Shown here: positions 36,523 to 45,833 of the stretch, piece after piece | How the letters are laid out: every line of letters starts with the position of its first letter | How positions within the stretch are numbered: the stretch's first letter is position 1 | Virus record (IMG/VR): IMGVR_UViG_3300050821_016519 | From: an uncultured virus (IMG/VR IMGVR_UViG_3300050821_016519) | Taxonomy: Duplodnaviria > Heunggongvirae > Uroviricota > Caudoviricetes | DNA length: 64,000 nt | Reading direction: 5' to 3' (one strand) | Made by a program: the position numbers and the translations under genes | The notes under the pieces: model-generated | What the model was told of the DNA's origin: nothing | Database searches by the model: none | The model's input: only the letters and a program-made list of their open reading frames with translations

Positions 36523-38448
36523 ATGGCCATCCTGAACTGTTCCATCGTCCTGGGTCAGACCAGCTTCACGGCCAACGTCGTGAACTCGCCCAGCGGCAGT
36601 ACCACTTCGCAGGGAGTCAATCAGACCACCAGCATCGCGCTCGATACCGTTCAGCACCGCCTGTTTGTGGCGGACGACGTAAACAACCGCGTCCTGGTTT
36701 TCCAACTGGACAACAACAATCGCGTGCCGGGAACGATGCCCATCCTTCCCATTCACGTGCTGGGCGCCGCCAATTTCAACGTCGTCGGCAGCGGGGCGAC
36801 CACGTCACAGACTTTTCGTTTTTGCAATCTCTGCTATGACAACGCCAACGCCCGCTTGTTCCTCAGCGATAGCGGCCTCCGTCGCGTCCTCTGTTTCGAT
36901 TGCCGGCCGGGGAATCTGACCGATTTTGCCGCAGCGGTTTTTGTCATCGGGCAGACCGACTTTACTCACAACGGATCGGCCACAACCCAAACCGGACTGG
37001 CCGGACCGGACGACATCGATTATGACGCGGTCAACGGAAGATTGTTTGTGAGCGACTCGGGCAACAACCGGGTCATGTGCTTCCCGGTCGCCAACGGCGT
37101 CTACGATTCCAGCGCCAGCAACCCGGCCGCCTCGTTCGTCCTGGGTCAATCGAGTTTCACCGCCAAGGTCGCAGGCAACGGACAAGCGGGGATGACCAGC
37201 CCCTTTGGGATCGCATACGATCCGGTCAATGCCCGCGTGTTCGTCTCCGATTCGGCCAACAACCGTATCTTGTGCTTTAGCGCGCCCCCCGGATCAGGCA
37301 GCGGCATCAACGGTGAGAACGCGACCTTCGTGCTCGGGCAAGCCGACTTCACCCACTACGCCGGCAGCACCTATACGCAGAACGGATTGAACGGTCCCGA
37401 CGATCTGAATTACGATTCGACGGCGAACCGGCTCTGGGCTTGCGACTCCAGTAACGTCCGCATCGTCGAGTTTATCGTTCCCAACAGCGCGACCTCCAGT
37501 TTCAACGGCGCCAACGCCAGCCAGAACCTCAACGCCGCCGATTGGGTCAGCAGCAATGCGGGAACTTCGCAAAGCGCCTTCACCGGACTGGAGCCGGGTC
37601 ACGCCTTCGATCCCGTCAACAACGTCCTCTATGGTTACGAAAGTTTCAAATACCGCGTCGTCGAGTTTGACCTGATCAACATCACCACCGCCTCAGTCGC
37701 CAGTGCGGTCGTGGGCCAGGTTTATTCTCAGGCCCTCCAGATCGCCAAGACGCAGGGAACCAGCCAGAATTTCAGCATCGCATCCGGGAGCCTTCCGGCC
37801 GGCCTCACTCTGAATGCTTCGACGGGGACGATTTCCGGCACGCCCACCACCGCCGGCAGCAGCACCTTCACGGTCCAGGCCAACGACGTATTCGCCACCG
37901 GCTCGTTCTTCCATCAGCACTCGTTCAGCATCGTCACCGCCGGCGCCACACTCCTGGGCGGCAATCTCCCCCTGATCGAGCGCATCCGCCAGAACATCCT
38001 CCAGGTCGTCGGAGACATCTCGGTCGAGCAAGGCTACCAGTGCAACTGCTATTCGACCGAGCCCGATCGCTTGGGTGAAGTGGGGACGGACGGCATCACC
38101 GTCGTCGCCGACGTGCAACTCGGCGGAGCGCAGTGGAACCGCGAACTCCAGTGCAACAACATCCAATGCTGGATTCAGGAATTCGAGATCATCGCCACCT
38201 GCGCCCAGCCCGAGCCAGGACCGAGCGGTTCACCGCCCATCCCCGCCGATCAACTGGTCCTGATCGTCCGCGCCGACATCGAGAAGGCGCTCCAGCTCGA
38301 TCCCCACCGCGGCGGTCTGGCGGCCAATACGCTGCCGGCGCCGCCGTCGTGGTTCGAGCGCGAGGCGGGCGAGCACGAAGGGGTCATCACGCGCGTCTAC
38401 GTCGAATACCGAACCAACTGGAACGATCCGTACAGCTTCCGGGCGTGA
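36523..38448 (+). CDS. NHL beta-propeller + Ig-like (He_PIG) + tail terminator-like domain fusion
   Basis: Repeated RLFVSDSxNNRV..F and VLGQxDF units; SGSLPAGLTLNASTGTISGTPTTAG; C-terminal ERIRQNI...ADIEKAL...RGGLA...YRT...DPY. Confidence 0.75.
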   Translation: MAILNCSIVLGQTSFTANVVNSPSGSTTSQGVNQTTSIALDTVQHRLFVADDVNNRVLVFQLDNNNRVPGTMPILPIHVLGAANFNVVGSGATTSQTFRFCNLCYDNANARLFLSDSGLRRVLCFDCRPGNLTDFAAAVFVIGQTDFTHNGSATTQTGLAGPDDIDYDAVNGRLFVSDSGNNRVMCFPVANGVYDSSASNPAASFVLGQSSFTAKVAGNGQAGMTSPFGIAYDPVNARVFVSDSANNRILCFSAPPGSGSGINGENATFVLGQADFTHYAGSTYTQNGLNGPDDLNYDSTANRLWACDSSNVRIVEFIVPNSATSSFNGANASQNLNAADWVSSNAGTSQSAFTGLEPGHAFDPVNNVLYGYESFKYRVVEFDLINITTASVASAVVGQVYSQALQIAKTQGTSQNFSIASGSLPAGLTLNASTGTISGTPTTAGSSTFTVQANDVFATGSFFHQHSFSIVTAGATLLGGNLPLIERIRQNILQVVGDISVEQGYQCNCYSTEPDRLGEVGTDGITVVADVQLGGAQWNRELQCNNIQCWIQEFEIIATCAQPEPGPSGSPPIPADQLVLIVRADIEKALQLDPHRGGLAANTLPAPPSWFEREAGEHEGVITRVYVEYRTNWNDPYSFRA

Positions 38449-38458
38449 AGCGCCCGGC

Positions 38459-38543
38459 GTCACTGGTCATTTGCCACTGGTCATTTGTTTTGCCGCGCGG
38501 CTCGGGCAAGTGACCAATGACCAGTGACCAGTGACAAATGACC
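38459..38543. repeat. Heptamer-arm inverted repeat element (copy 4, reverse orientation)
   Basis: Reverse-complement core CTTGCCCGAGCCGCGCGGCAAAACAAATGACC. Confidence 0.85.
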
Positions 38544-38550
38544 AAACATC

Positions 38551-38853
38551 ATGCCATTCAAACAATTCCATGATTTCGCGGGCGCTCGAGGTGGTGAACA
38601 TCCGGGCCAGCCGGTGCATAGCGATCTGCACTTTGACGTGTGGGTCAGCTTCTCGCCTTCGCGCCCGCCGCTGTATTACCTGATCACCGAGGATGGCCAT
38701 CGGATCGAGTTCGAGACGCCACAGAAGGCGATCGACCACGGCCGTACCATGGAAGCGCCGACCGTCAACGTCTCCGCTCCGTTAGCGCGCATCGACCAGA
38801 CGGAACCCGCCATTGGACATGACCACGACGCCCTCCCGGATCAACTGCACTAA
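38551..38853 (+). CDS. Hypothetical protein
   Basis: 100-aa ORF. Confidence 0.45.
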   Translation: MPFKQFHDFAGARGGEHPGQPVHSDLHFDVWVSFSPSRPPLYYLITEDGHRIEFETPQKAIDHGRTMEAPTVNVSAPLARIDQTEPAIGHDHDALPDQLH

Positions 38854-39063
38854 GACCTCCTCGATTTCCAGCGGTTTAGCGGCGCGCCCGTAAATCCAAG
38901 AGTTCCGCGCGATGCGTCGCAGTTTCATCCCCGGCTCGAACTTGAGCCATATGCGGATTTGCCGCGCGAGTTTTTCTTCTTCTGTCGGTGGAGTTGGCGG
39001 GCCACCCACTGGCGCGAAAAAGCTCGGCATCTGAAACGGCTGCATCGGCCACTGCATGGGCAA
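38782..39063 (-). CDS. Hypothetical protein (possible winged helix)
   Basis: 93-aa ORF ending IEEVLVQLIREGVVVMSNGGFRL. Confidence 0.45.
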   Translation of the reverse strand: MPMQWPMQPFQMPSFFAPVGGPPTPPTEEEKLARQIRIWLKFEPGMKLRRIARNSWIYGRAAKPLEIEEVLVQLIREGVVVMSNGGFRLVDAR

Positions 39064-39115
39064 CGATCCTAATCCCTTCGACTCTCCCCCGACAATTCAC
39101 CCGAGGTAAACCCAA

Positions 39116-40078
39116 ATGGCGTTCGACCCAAACTTGTTAGTACGCAACCGAGTTTTCGGCGCAAAACTCGAGGCTACGACCGGCGTCGTCGTCACGCCCG
39201 GCAGCTCCGACTGCCAACTGTTCAGCGCCGTCTTCGATCCCAAGATCACCCCGGACATCAAGCCCAATGTCCGCCAGGGACAGCAGTATCTTTCCAAGCT
39301 GCTCACCATCCCCGGCGCCCGCGCCGGCAAGGCGACGTTCCGCACCGAGTTCTTCTCCACTGCCGGCGCCCCGGCCTGGGCCAGCTTGCTTCTGCCGGCT
39401 TGCGGTTTGGGTCCCGGCACCAGCAGCCCCTTCTCTCCCTTCACCCCCACCCCGGCCAGCCCGATCAACACCATCTCGATCGGTTTGTTCCAGGCCGGGC
39501 GCTTGAAGCTCCTGGCCGGTTGCGCTGGCGACTTCGTCATCCGGGCGCAGGCGGGGAACCCAATCTATTTCGAGTGGACTTTCGACGGCGTCTGGCAGAG
39601 CCCTTCGACGACGGCCATCCCCGGCGGCATTACCTATCCGACGACGATTCCGCCGCGCTTCGCGGGAGTGACGGTCACGGTGGGCGGCCAGTCGATGCGC
39701 TTCCCCAATTTCGAGTTTCATTCGGGAAATAAGCTCTATCTGAGACAGGACCAATCCGCCGTCGATAGCGCTTCCACCCCGGTCGGCACCGGATTCCGCG
39801 GCGGCATCGTCACCGATCGCGAGCCTCTAATCCGTATTGCCCCGGAAAGCTACCTGCTCTCGACGCTGGACTTTTTCGCGGCCCATACCGCGCAGACCAC
39901 CTACAACTTCGCCTTCACCGCTGGCCCGGCGGGCAACCAACTCCAGTTCTCCGCCCCCAAGGCGCAGTTGAATAACCCGCCGCAGGATGAGGACCGCGAG
40001 GGCGTGATGGCGGACACGTTGGAGTTTATTGCGACCCGGACTTCTGGAGACGATGACTATTCATTAACTTTTAATTAG
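39116..40078 (+). CDS. Major tail tube protein
   Basis: AKLEAT.G, LLPACG, LAGCAGDF, GIVTDREP, DREGV, GDDDYSLTF; upstream of the chaperones. Confidence 0.8.
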   Translation: MAFDPNLLVRNRVFGAKLEATTGVVVTPGSSDCQLFSAVFDPKITPDIKPNVRQGQQYLSKLLTIPGARAGKATFRTEFFSTAGAPAWASLLLPACGLGPGTSSPFSPFTPTPASPINTISIGLFQAGRLKLLAGCAGDFVIRAQAGNPIYFEWTFDGVWQSPSTTAIPGGITYPTTIPPRFAGVTVTVGGQSMRFPNFEFHSGNKLYLRQDQSAVDSASTPVGTGFRGGIVTDREPLIRIAPESYLLSTLDFFAAHTAQTTYNFAFTAGPAGNQLQFSAPKAQLNNPPQDEDREGVMADTLEFIATRTSGDDDYSLTFN

Positions 40079-40123
40079 CAGAATGTAATAGTAAACGCGA
40101 TGCCATTCGGGTATTGTCCGGGG

Positions 40124-40813
40124 ATGGCAAAAAAGCGCTGTCAGAAATGTCGCCGTTACCTTTTTCTTTCATCATTCAGCAAAAATGCGCGGTCTAAAGA
40201 TGGTCGCCAAGCCAAGTGTAAGAAGTGCGTATCCGCCTACATGAAGGCTCGGACGATCGCCAAGGGAGATGAACTGCGAAAGCGGTCCCGCGAACACTAT
40301 CGGCGTCATCGCAAGGAACGACTGGCGGCAGTGCGGCGCTACCGTTTGGAAAATCCTGAGAAAGTGGCTGCGCAACAGCGTGCCCGTTACCTGCGCTACC
40401 GCGAGCGCTATTTAGCAGAAAGTGCGGAATATCGATCGCGACCGGAGGTGAAGTCGCGAATAAAAAAACGTGCGCATCGATATTATCGCCAGCACCGCGA
40501 CGAGCTGATCGAGTACCAAAAGCAGTACCGGGAAACCGCCCGCGGCAAACGGGTTTTCGCAGCCGCCCATGCCCGCGAGAAACAACACCACGCGGGAAAA
40601 ATCGCCGCCCGTTACCACGTCGCAAATGCGCTGCGCGATGGACGATTGCAAAAACCGGAACGTTGTCAACGCTGCGGGAAACGACGACGGCTCACCGCCC
40701 ATCACCACAAGGGTTACGCGCGCAAGCATCGCCTGGACGTGCGATGGCTTTGCAACGGATGCCACAAGATTGAAGACGGTCCCGTGCGTCGGATTCCCCG
40801 TAAGGAAAAATGA
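40124..40813 (+). CDS. HNH endonuclease
   Basis: N-terminal CxxC..F.KN..SKDG...CKKC; C-terminal CQRCG...AHHH.GY....DVRWLCNGCH. Confidence 0.85.
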   Translation: MAKKRCQKCRRYLFLSSFSKNARSKDGRQAKCKKCVSAYMKARTIAKGDELRKRSREHYRRHRKERLAAVRRYRLENPEKVAAQQRARYLRYRERYLAESAEYRSRPEVKSRIKKRAHRYYRQHRDELIEYQKQYRETARGKRVFAAAHAREKQHHAGKIAARYHVANALRDGRLQKPERCQRCGKRRRLTAHHHKGYARKHRLDVRWLCNGCHKIEDGPVRRIPRKEK

Positions 40814-40816
40814 CCT

Positions 40817-41308
40817 ATGCCTTTGAGCTGCGATCCCACCGAAACCTTCCCCGTGGTTCTGATTACCGACCAGGCCAAGCCCGAGGAAACGCGCCCGACG
40901 TTTCTCGCCCGCTTCGTCACCCGCCGCGAGGCCAAGCGGATTCAGAAGCTGGAAGAAGAACTGCGCTCCCAGAGTGCGCGCCTGAGCAATGAAGAATCCG
41001 AGGCCAAGCTCGACGAGGCCCTGGGCATCATCTACATGGGCTGGAAGAACCTCACCGACCGCGAAGGCAAGCCGGTCGAGTTCAAGCGCGACGAGAACGG
41101 CATCCCGAACTTCGACGACATCATCGATCTGGTGGACAAGTACGAGCTGCTCGATCTGGGCACGGAGAACGCCATCAGGATGCACGTAGACAAAAAAAAA
41201 GCCTTGCTATTGGAGCGGCAATCCGCTGGGGCAAACTCTGCCTCACCGATCCCCCCTGCCGCACCAAGCGAAAGTGCTTCAAACCCACCTGCGACGCCGA
41301 CGGCTTGA
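40817..41308 (+). CDS. Tail assembly chaperone (gpG-like)
   Basis: GWKNLTDREGKPVEF motif; KKK slippery site near the C-terminus. Confidence 0.75.
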   Translation: MPLSCDPTETFPVVLITDQAKPEETRPTFLARFVTRREAKRIQKLEEELRSQSARLSNEESEAKLDEALGIIYMGWKNLTDREGKPVEFKRDENGIPNFDDIIDLVDKYELLDLGTENAIRMHVDKKKALLLERQSAGANSASPIPPAAPSESASNPPATPTA

Positions 41309-41631
41309 ACATCCCCTGCCTGGAGTGCGGCGGCCAGGGCACCAGCGGCTTCGATCAGAACGGCGAGCGCGTCTGCCCGCGCTGCGGAGGCCGGCGCTTC
41401 GAGGCCGAGCGATTGACGGCTTGCCCGCTGGATTTCGTCACCCCGGACGTATGGGAGATCCTCAACCTCCTGCCCGATTTCAAAGCCGGACGCTATCCGG
41501 CGGCCGGCGGCCTGTACGACCAGGCCGCTATTTTTCTTGAGGCGATCGAGTTTGTCAGACAGCAGGAGCAGATGCACAAGCTCGCCCGCGGCGCGCCGGT
41601 GAAGATCGATGGGGAGGAGGAGGAGTTCTAG
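41192..41631 (+). CDS. -1 frameshift extension of the tail assembly chaperone (gpGT-like)
   Basis: A9 run at 41192-41200; the -1 frame is open into 41305-41631 (P.AGGLYDQ motif). Confidence 0.75.
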
Positions 41632-42431
41632 CGCCGCTCCAGAAAACAGCCGCGATCGTGCAGGCCGTAGAACTGCGGGACGGCGAACTCACTGACCTGC
41701 TCGAAATGCTTTTCCAGAATGTCGAAGGTCGAATCGGCGGCGCAGCAACCGCCCCATTCGCCGATCAGGATCAGTTTTTCACCCGGCTGCATGCGCTTGA
41801 GGAATCGATCGGCGGCCGTGCTCAGATAAGGAATCCACGCGATCATGGCGACAAACCCATTGGGAAGGCGCGCTCCGCCGATGTCCAGGGGATCGACGGG
41901 CATGAAGCTTCCGCCACCCGAGCAGTCAAAGCTGTGTTCACCCTGGACCTGATTGCGGTCGGTGGCGGTGATCTGCACGCCAAACTCCCGGTTGAGCAGA
42001 TAAGCCCAATAGCCTCGACCGGCGAAATATTCGATGACCGGCGCATCGCCGATGAATGACCGGATCGCGTTTAATGCTTCGGTCGAGGGGATGGTAAAGG
42101 AAAACGTGTGGGCGAAGGCCTCGCGCACGATCATGTAGTGGTCGATCTCGATCTCGCGTGCGAATCCCGCGCTGCCGAGTTTCTGTTCCCACCACTTTCG
42201 CGAATAAGAGCGTGAGGGATCAAATTCGGCCAAGAACGCTTCCACATCCACTTCGCGCCATTGCGATCCGAGCGACTGATCGATATTGCGCGAAATTTGG
42301 CCCATCACGGCCGCGCGCTGGCGGATCGCCGGGAAATGCGCTTGCCAGGCTGCAACCGCTTGCGCCATCGTCCACACTTGGCGGGCTTCGCGGTAGCGCG
42401 ACTTGGCGAGGGTTGAACTCATCGGACGCAT
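41628..42431 (-). CDS. Methyltransferase-fold hypothetical protein (antisense insert)
   Basis: FTIPSTEAL..I, VIEYFAGRGYWA, LILIGE.GGCCA; start trimmed relative to the ORF track. Confidence 0.65.
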   Translation of the reverse strand: MRPMSSTLAKSRYREARQVWTMAQAVAAWQAHFPAIRQRAAVMGQISRNIDQSLGSQWREVDVEAFLAEFDPSRSYSRKWWEQKLGSAGFAREIEIDHYMIVREAFAHTFSFTIPSTEALNAIRSFIGDAPVIEYFAGRGYWAYLLNREFGVQITATDRNQVQGEHSFDCSGGGSFMPVDPLDIGGARLPNGFVAMIAWIPYLSTAADRFLKRMQPGEKLILIGEWGGCCAADSTFDILEKHFEQVSEFAVPQFYGLHDRGCFLERR

Positions 42432-42434
42432 ATT

Positions 42435-43067
42435 ATGCCCGATATCCATTTCGAGCTGGTGATCGATCCGGTTGAGGAGGCCCGCGTCAAGAAGATGCTC
42501 TCCTCGATCCCCAACGGCGCCCGCCGCGCTCTGTCGGGGGCGATCAACAAGACGCTGGAGCACGGCCGCACCCTCTTGAAGAAAACCATCACCGAGGAAT
42601 TGAACATCAGCCAGAAGGCGGCATTGCGGGCGCTGAGACTGCACCGTTCGACGCCGCAAGTGCTCGCCGGCAGCATCAACGTCTCGCACGACGAAGTGCC
42701 CATGGGGGAATACCATCCCGTGCAGACGCGGCAGGGCGTGAGGGTGTCGGTGCGCAAGGGCGGGGGAAGTCAGTTGATCCGCGGGGCCTTCATCGCCACC
42801 ATGCCCCTGCGCGGCAGTCAGCAGCGCGAAGGACATCAGGGCGTCTTCAAGCGCAAACCGGGCGCCGGATTGCAAATGGTCAAGGGCAAGCGCAAGGCGC
42901 TGGTGCAGAAGCGCCCCGCCCTGCCCATCCGCGAGTTGTACGGCCCGACGGCGATCGGCGTATTGGCCAACAATCCCTCGCGCATCGAGTCCATTCAGAC
43001 CGAGTTGCAGGGGAGTTTGTCCAAGAACATCGAATCGCAGATCGACCGGCTCAAAGCGGGACGATGA
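42435..43067 (+). CDS. Minor tail protein (lambda gpZ-like)
   Basis: RALSGAINKT, GAFIATM, GVFKR, LPIRELYGP. Confidence 0.8.
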   Translation: MPDIHFELVIDPVEEARVKKMLSSIPNGARRALSGAINKTLEHGRTLLKKTITEELNISQKAALRALRLHRSTPQVLAGSINVSHDEVPMGEYHPVQTRQGVRVSVRKGGGSQLIRGAFIATMPLRGSQQREGHQGVFKRKPGAGLQMVKGKRKALVQKRPALPIRELYGPTAIGVLANNPSRIESIQTELQGSLSKNIESQIDRLKAGR

Positions 43068-43072
43068 CCGCT

Positions 43073-44299
43073 TCAATTGATCGGACAGGAAACGAACGTG
43101 CTGTAGGCGGCCACGTCCTGCGCCAGCCCCGAATAGACCGGCGTTGAGCCGTCCGGGTTGAGCCCTCGGCCGATCAGGTAGACGGAAAATCTGTTGTGGC
43201 CGGCCATCGCCGTGATGTCGGAGGTTGATGGCCCGTACCCCGGCGCGAACTTCCACTGCGACGATCCTGCGTCGAATGCCCCAAGCCGGTAGATTCGCCC
43301 ATTCAGCAATCCATGAAACGGGCTGCTCAGCGGCATCGTCCCCTGGGCGTCGGCCGCGACAATGACAAACGCGCCTTCGTCGGCCCGCTGGTTCTGAATT
43401 GGATCGGAGAAGCTAATGGTGGCGTCCAGGCTATTCGCATCGGGCGGGATGATCGTGGCCGGGGAACCGGGTGCGGATCGGGACGCTTGCAGGGATGGCG
43501 GCTGAGTGACAACCGCAGGCGGCGTGGGCGATGAGGGAACGGCGGGCACATCAAGGGCCGGCGTTCCGCTGGGGTTGATGGAAGTGGTGTAGGACGTGGC
43601 GTTGCGGTCGGCAACGGCAACAACGATGATCTGAGCAGACGGCGCGTAAGCCAGCGATCGCGTGATGGCGCCGCCGGGCGGGGCAATCACCGTTTCGATC
43701 ATGTCGCGCTTGTAGAATGCCACCCACCCGTATTTCGGGTCGGCGGTCTGCACCATGTTCTCAGAAATCATCGAGCATAGCAGCGCACTCAGATTCGTGC
43801 TGGTGGGCACGGAACCACTGCCGGAAGCCACCGCCGCGACCGGCTCAGCGCCGAATCCGGTTGGGCTGATCGGCATGAAGTCCCACACCTCACCAGGCAC
43901 GATGTAAGTTCCCGGCACCGTGTAGGGCGGCAATGCGTTCGTTGGATCAACAGCGCTGCCGGGCTTGATGGCGTTATACAAGTCCTGATCCGTGAAAAGA
44001 TGAGTGCCGGGAAATTGCACGGTCGGCCGCAGAACGCAGAGCTTGTCGCCAGCAGGAACGGCCGTGGGCGAAATCTGGTAGAAGCTCGTGCTCCCCATCT
44101 GCTGAACGAACGAGACGCCGGTGCGGGCGAGTTGAGCGCCGACCGTCTCTGACTTGCTGGTATCTGCCTGTTTGATGGCCACCGGGAACATGGAAGCCAC
44201 CAGAATGAAGCCGATGCCCAGGATCATGATGGCGAACAGAATCTCGGTGAAGGAAAAACCGCGTCGTGCGAGTGAGTTCGATGTGCGTCCTGCGTTCAT
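43073..44299 (-). CDS. Prepilin-type N-terminal cleavage/methylation domain protein
   Basis: RRG^FSFTEILFAIMILGIGFILVASMFPVAI (G^FxxxE plus TM helix). Confidence 0.85.
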   Translation of the reverse strand: MNAGRTSNSLARRGFSFTEILFAIMILGIGFILVASMFPVAIKQADTSKSETVGAQLARTGVSFVQQMGSTSFYQISPTAVPAGDKLCVLRPTVQFPGTHLFTDQDLYNAIKPGSAVDPTNALPPYTVPGTYIVPGEVWDFMPISPTGFGAEPVAAVASGSGSVPTSTNLSALLCSMISENMVQTADPKYGWVAFYKRDMIETVIAPPGGAITRSLAYAPSAQIIVVAVADRNATSYTTSINPSGTPALDVPAVPSSPTPPAVVTQPPSLQASRSAPGSPATIIPPDANSLDATISFSDPIQNQRADEGAFVIVAADAQGTMPLSSPFHGLLNGRIYRLGAFDAGSSQWKFAPGYGPSTSDITAMAGHNRFSVYLIGRGLNPDGSTPVYSGLAQDVAAYSTFVSCPIN

Positions 44300-44308
44300 G
44301 GTGATCTC

Positions 44309-44512
44309 CTAGTGCTGGGGCTGGGGCGACTGCTGTGGCAAAACCTGCCCGCGGTAAGTATGCGGTCCGACTTCGGCCCGGAGCGAGTCCATTGAGCGGG
44401 CGAGGTTGTCGGGGACCTCGGGAATCGTCGGCCTCGCGTAGCGGCGCTCGGCGATGACGACCATCACTGCGACGATCGCCAGGCAGACGATCAATTCAAA
44501 AAGGCGTTTCAT
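44309..44512 (-). CDS. Small single-TM protein
   Basis: MKRLFELIVCLAIVAVMVVIA; directly upstream of the prepilin gene. Confidence 0.55.
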   Translation of the reverse strand: MKRLFELIVCLAIVAVMVVIAERRYARPTIPEVPDNLARSMDSLRAEVGPHTYRGQVLPQQSPQPQH

Positions 44513-44703
44513 GTTTGCTCTCCGTAGCGCAAGCATCCGCACACAGCGGCTGTCCAAATAACGCGCGAGGCGAGTTTGGCGCTGAGGCGGATGCGTTTCG
44601 TGGTGATTCCGTTTGTGACGCGGGGGGAATCACGTTTTTTGGACAGCGGAAGCCATCATGCCCTTGGTGAGCCGGGCAAGTCAAACAGCAAATAGTAAAG
44701 ACC

Positions 44704-44838
44704 ATGGCCGACCGCACCGAACAGATCACGTTTAAGCTCCGCGCAAAGGACGAAACCGGCGAGGCTTACGACTCGGCCAACAAAAGGCAGGGAAGAACTG
44801 GCGCTCGGCGGCTCGGGGACTTCGCGTCTCCTACTTGA
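44704..44838 (+). pseudogene. Truncated duplicate of the tape measure 5' end
   Basis: MADRTEQITFKLRAKDETGEAYDSA vs MAERTEQITFWLRAKDMTAEAYKSA at 45834. Confidence 0.8.
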
Positions 44839-45760
44839 TCCCGTCGTCGATCGCCTTCATCAACTGGCTGAACGGGTGATCCGGCCGCGGCGCGATCACC
44901 GCCAATTCGACCGCCTGGCCGATCGCCGTGGCGGCGGGCGGGTCTTCATCGAGCACGGCAATCTCCACGACGGTATCCGCCTCGGGCATCGCGCCGTCGG
45001 GCTGGACCAGGAAGGGATGCTGCACCACCTTGTTGGTGGTGATCGATTCGTGCTCCTCGGTCTGTTCGCGCCATTCGGTGGCGTAGGCCAGGCGGGTGTT
45101 GTCGAAGATCATCGCGGACACCCGCGCCCCGTGCGTCTTTCGGACCAGATCGCGCAGCGGATCGGTGCTTTTGGTCGGCCCCAGAAGTCCGACGTCGCCC
45201 TTGTGCAGCGGCCAGGCGAGTTGAAATGAGTTCCGCATGGCATCGAGCATCTGCCCGCGCCACGCTCGGGCATCGGACAATGAATTCGCCAGCGCCGCAA
45301 GCTGGACCTCCTGATCGCGCAAGAGCGCCTGCGAACGGTTGAGGGAATCGTCGCCGGCGATGGCCGCCGTCTCCATCCCGGCCAGGTCCTGGCGGTCGTG
45401 ATTCAGTTGCGAGCTGAGGGCGATGGCCGCGGCTGAATCGTGATCGGCCCGCGCCTGGTTGAGGCGCTGTGTGAGGTCGGCGATCTGGGCGATCTTGCCC
45501 GCCGCGTCTGTGGCGTGCAGCGTGGCCAACCGGGCATCGTGCAGTTTGCCCAAGCGCACCCGTTCATCGGCGATGCTCGAGCGCGCTTCGGCGCAGCGGC
45601 GACCCAGACGCAGAACGTCGCCGTTGATCTGATCCGCCACCTGCTGCGCCGTGCCGTGGGCCCAGCCAAGCTGCCAGGTTTTCCCGTCCCAGGCCGGGCG
45701 CGTCGGCTGTGGACCGGCGGCACACAACAGGACCAGCAGAACCGCGATTGACGTTTTCAT
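44831..45760 (-). CDS. Secreted coiled-coil hypothetical protein (moron)
   Basis: Signal peptide MKTSIAVLLVLLCAA; helical body. Confidence 0.7.
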   Translation of the reverse strand: MKTSIAVLLVLLCAAGPQPTRPAWDGKTWQLGWAHGTAQQVADQINGDVLRLGRRCAEARSSIADERVRLGKLHDARLATLHATDAAGKIAQIADLTQRLNQARADHDSAAAIALSSQLNHDRQDLAGMETAAIAGDDSLNRSQALLRDQEVQLAALANSLSDARAWRGQMLDAMRNSFQLAWPLHKGDVGLLGPTKSTDPLRDLVRKTHGARVSAMIFDNTRLAYATEWREQTEEHESITTNKVVQHPFLVQPDGAMPEADTVVEIAVLDEDPPAATAIGQAVELAVIAPRPDHPFSQLMKAIDDGIK

Positions 45761-45833
45761 GGGCGGGACTCCCGAAATGTTCCCCCGTACCGCGATACCC
45801 TAGCGACCACGCAACCCCTTTACGAATCTCCCC

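Noticed and set aside
42432..43256. N-terminal half of the 542-aa minus-strand ORF
   Set aside because: Antisense shadow of the gpZ-like gene; the plausible protein starts at 42431 or 42422.
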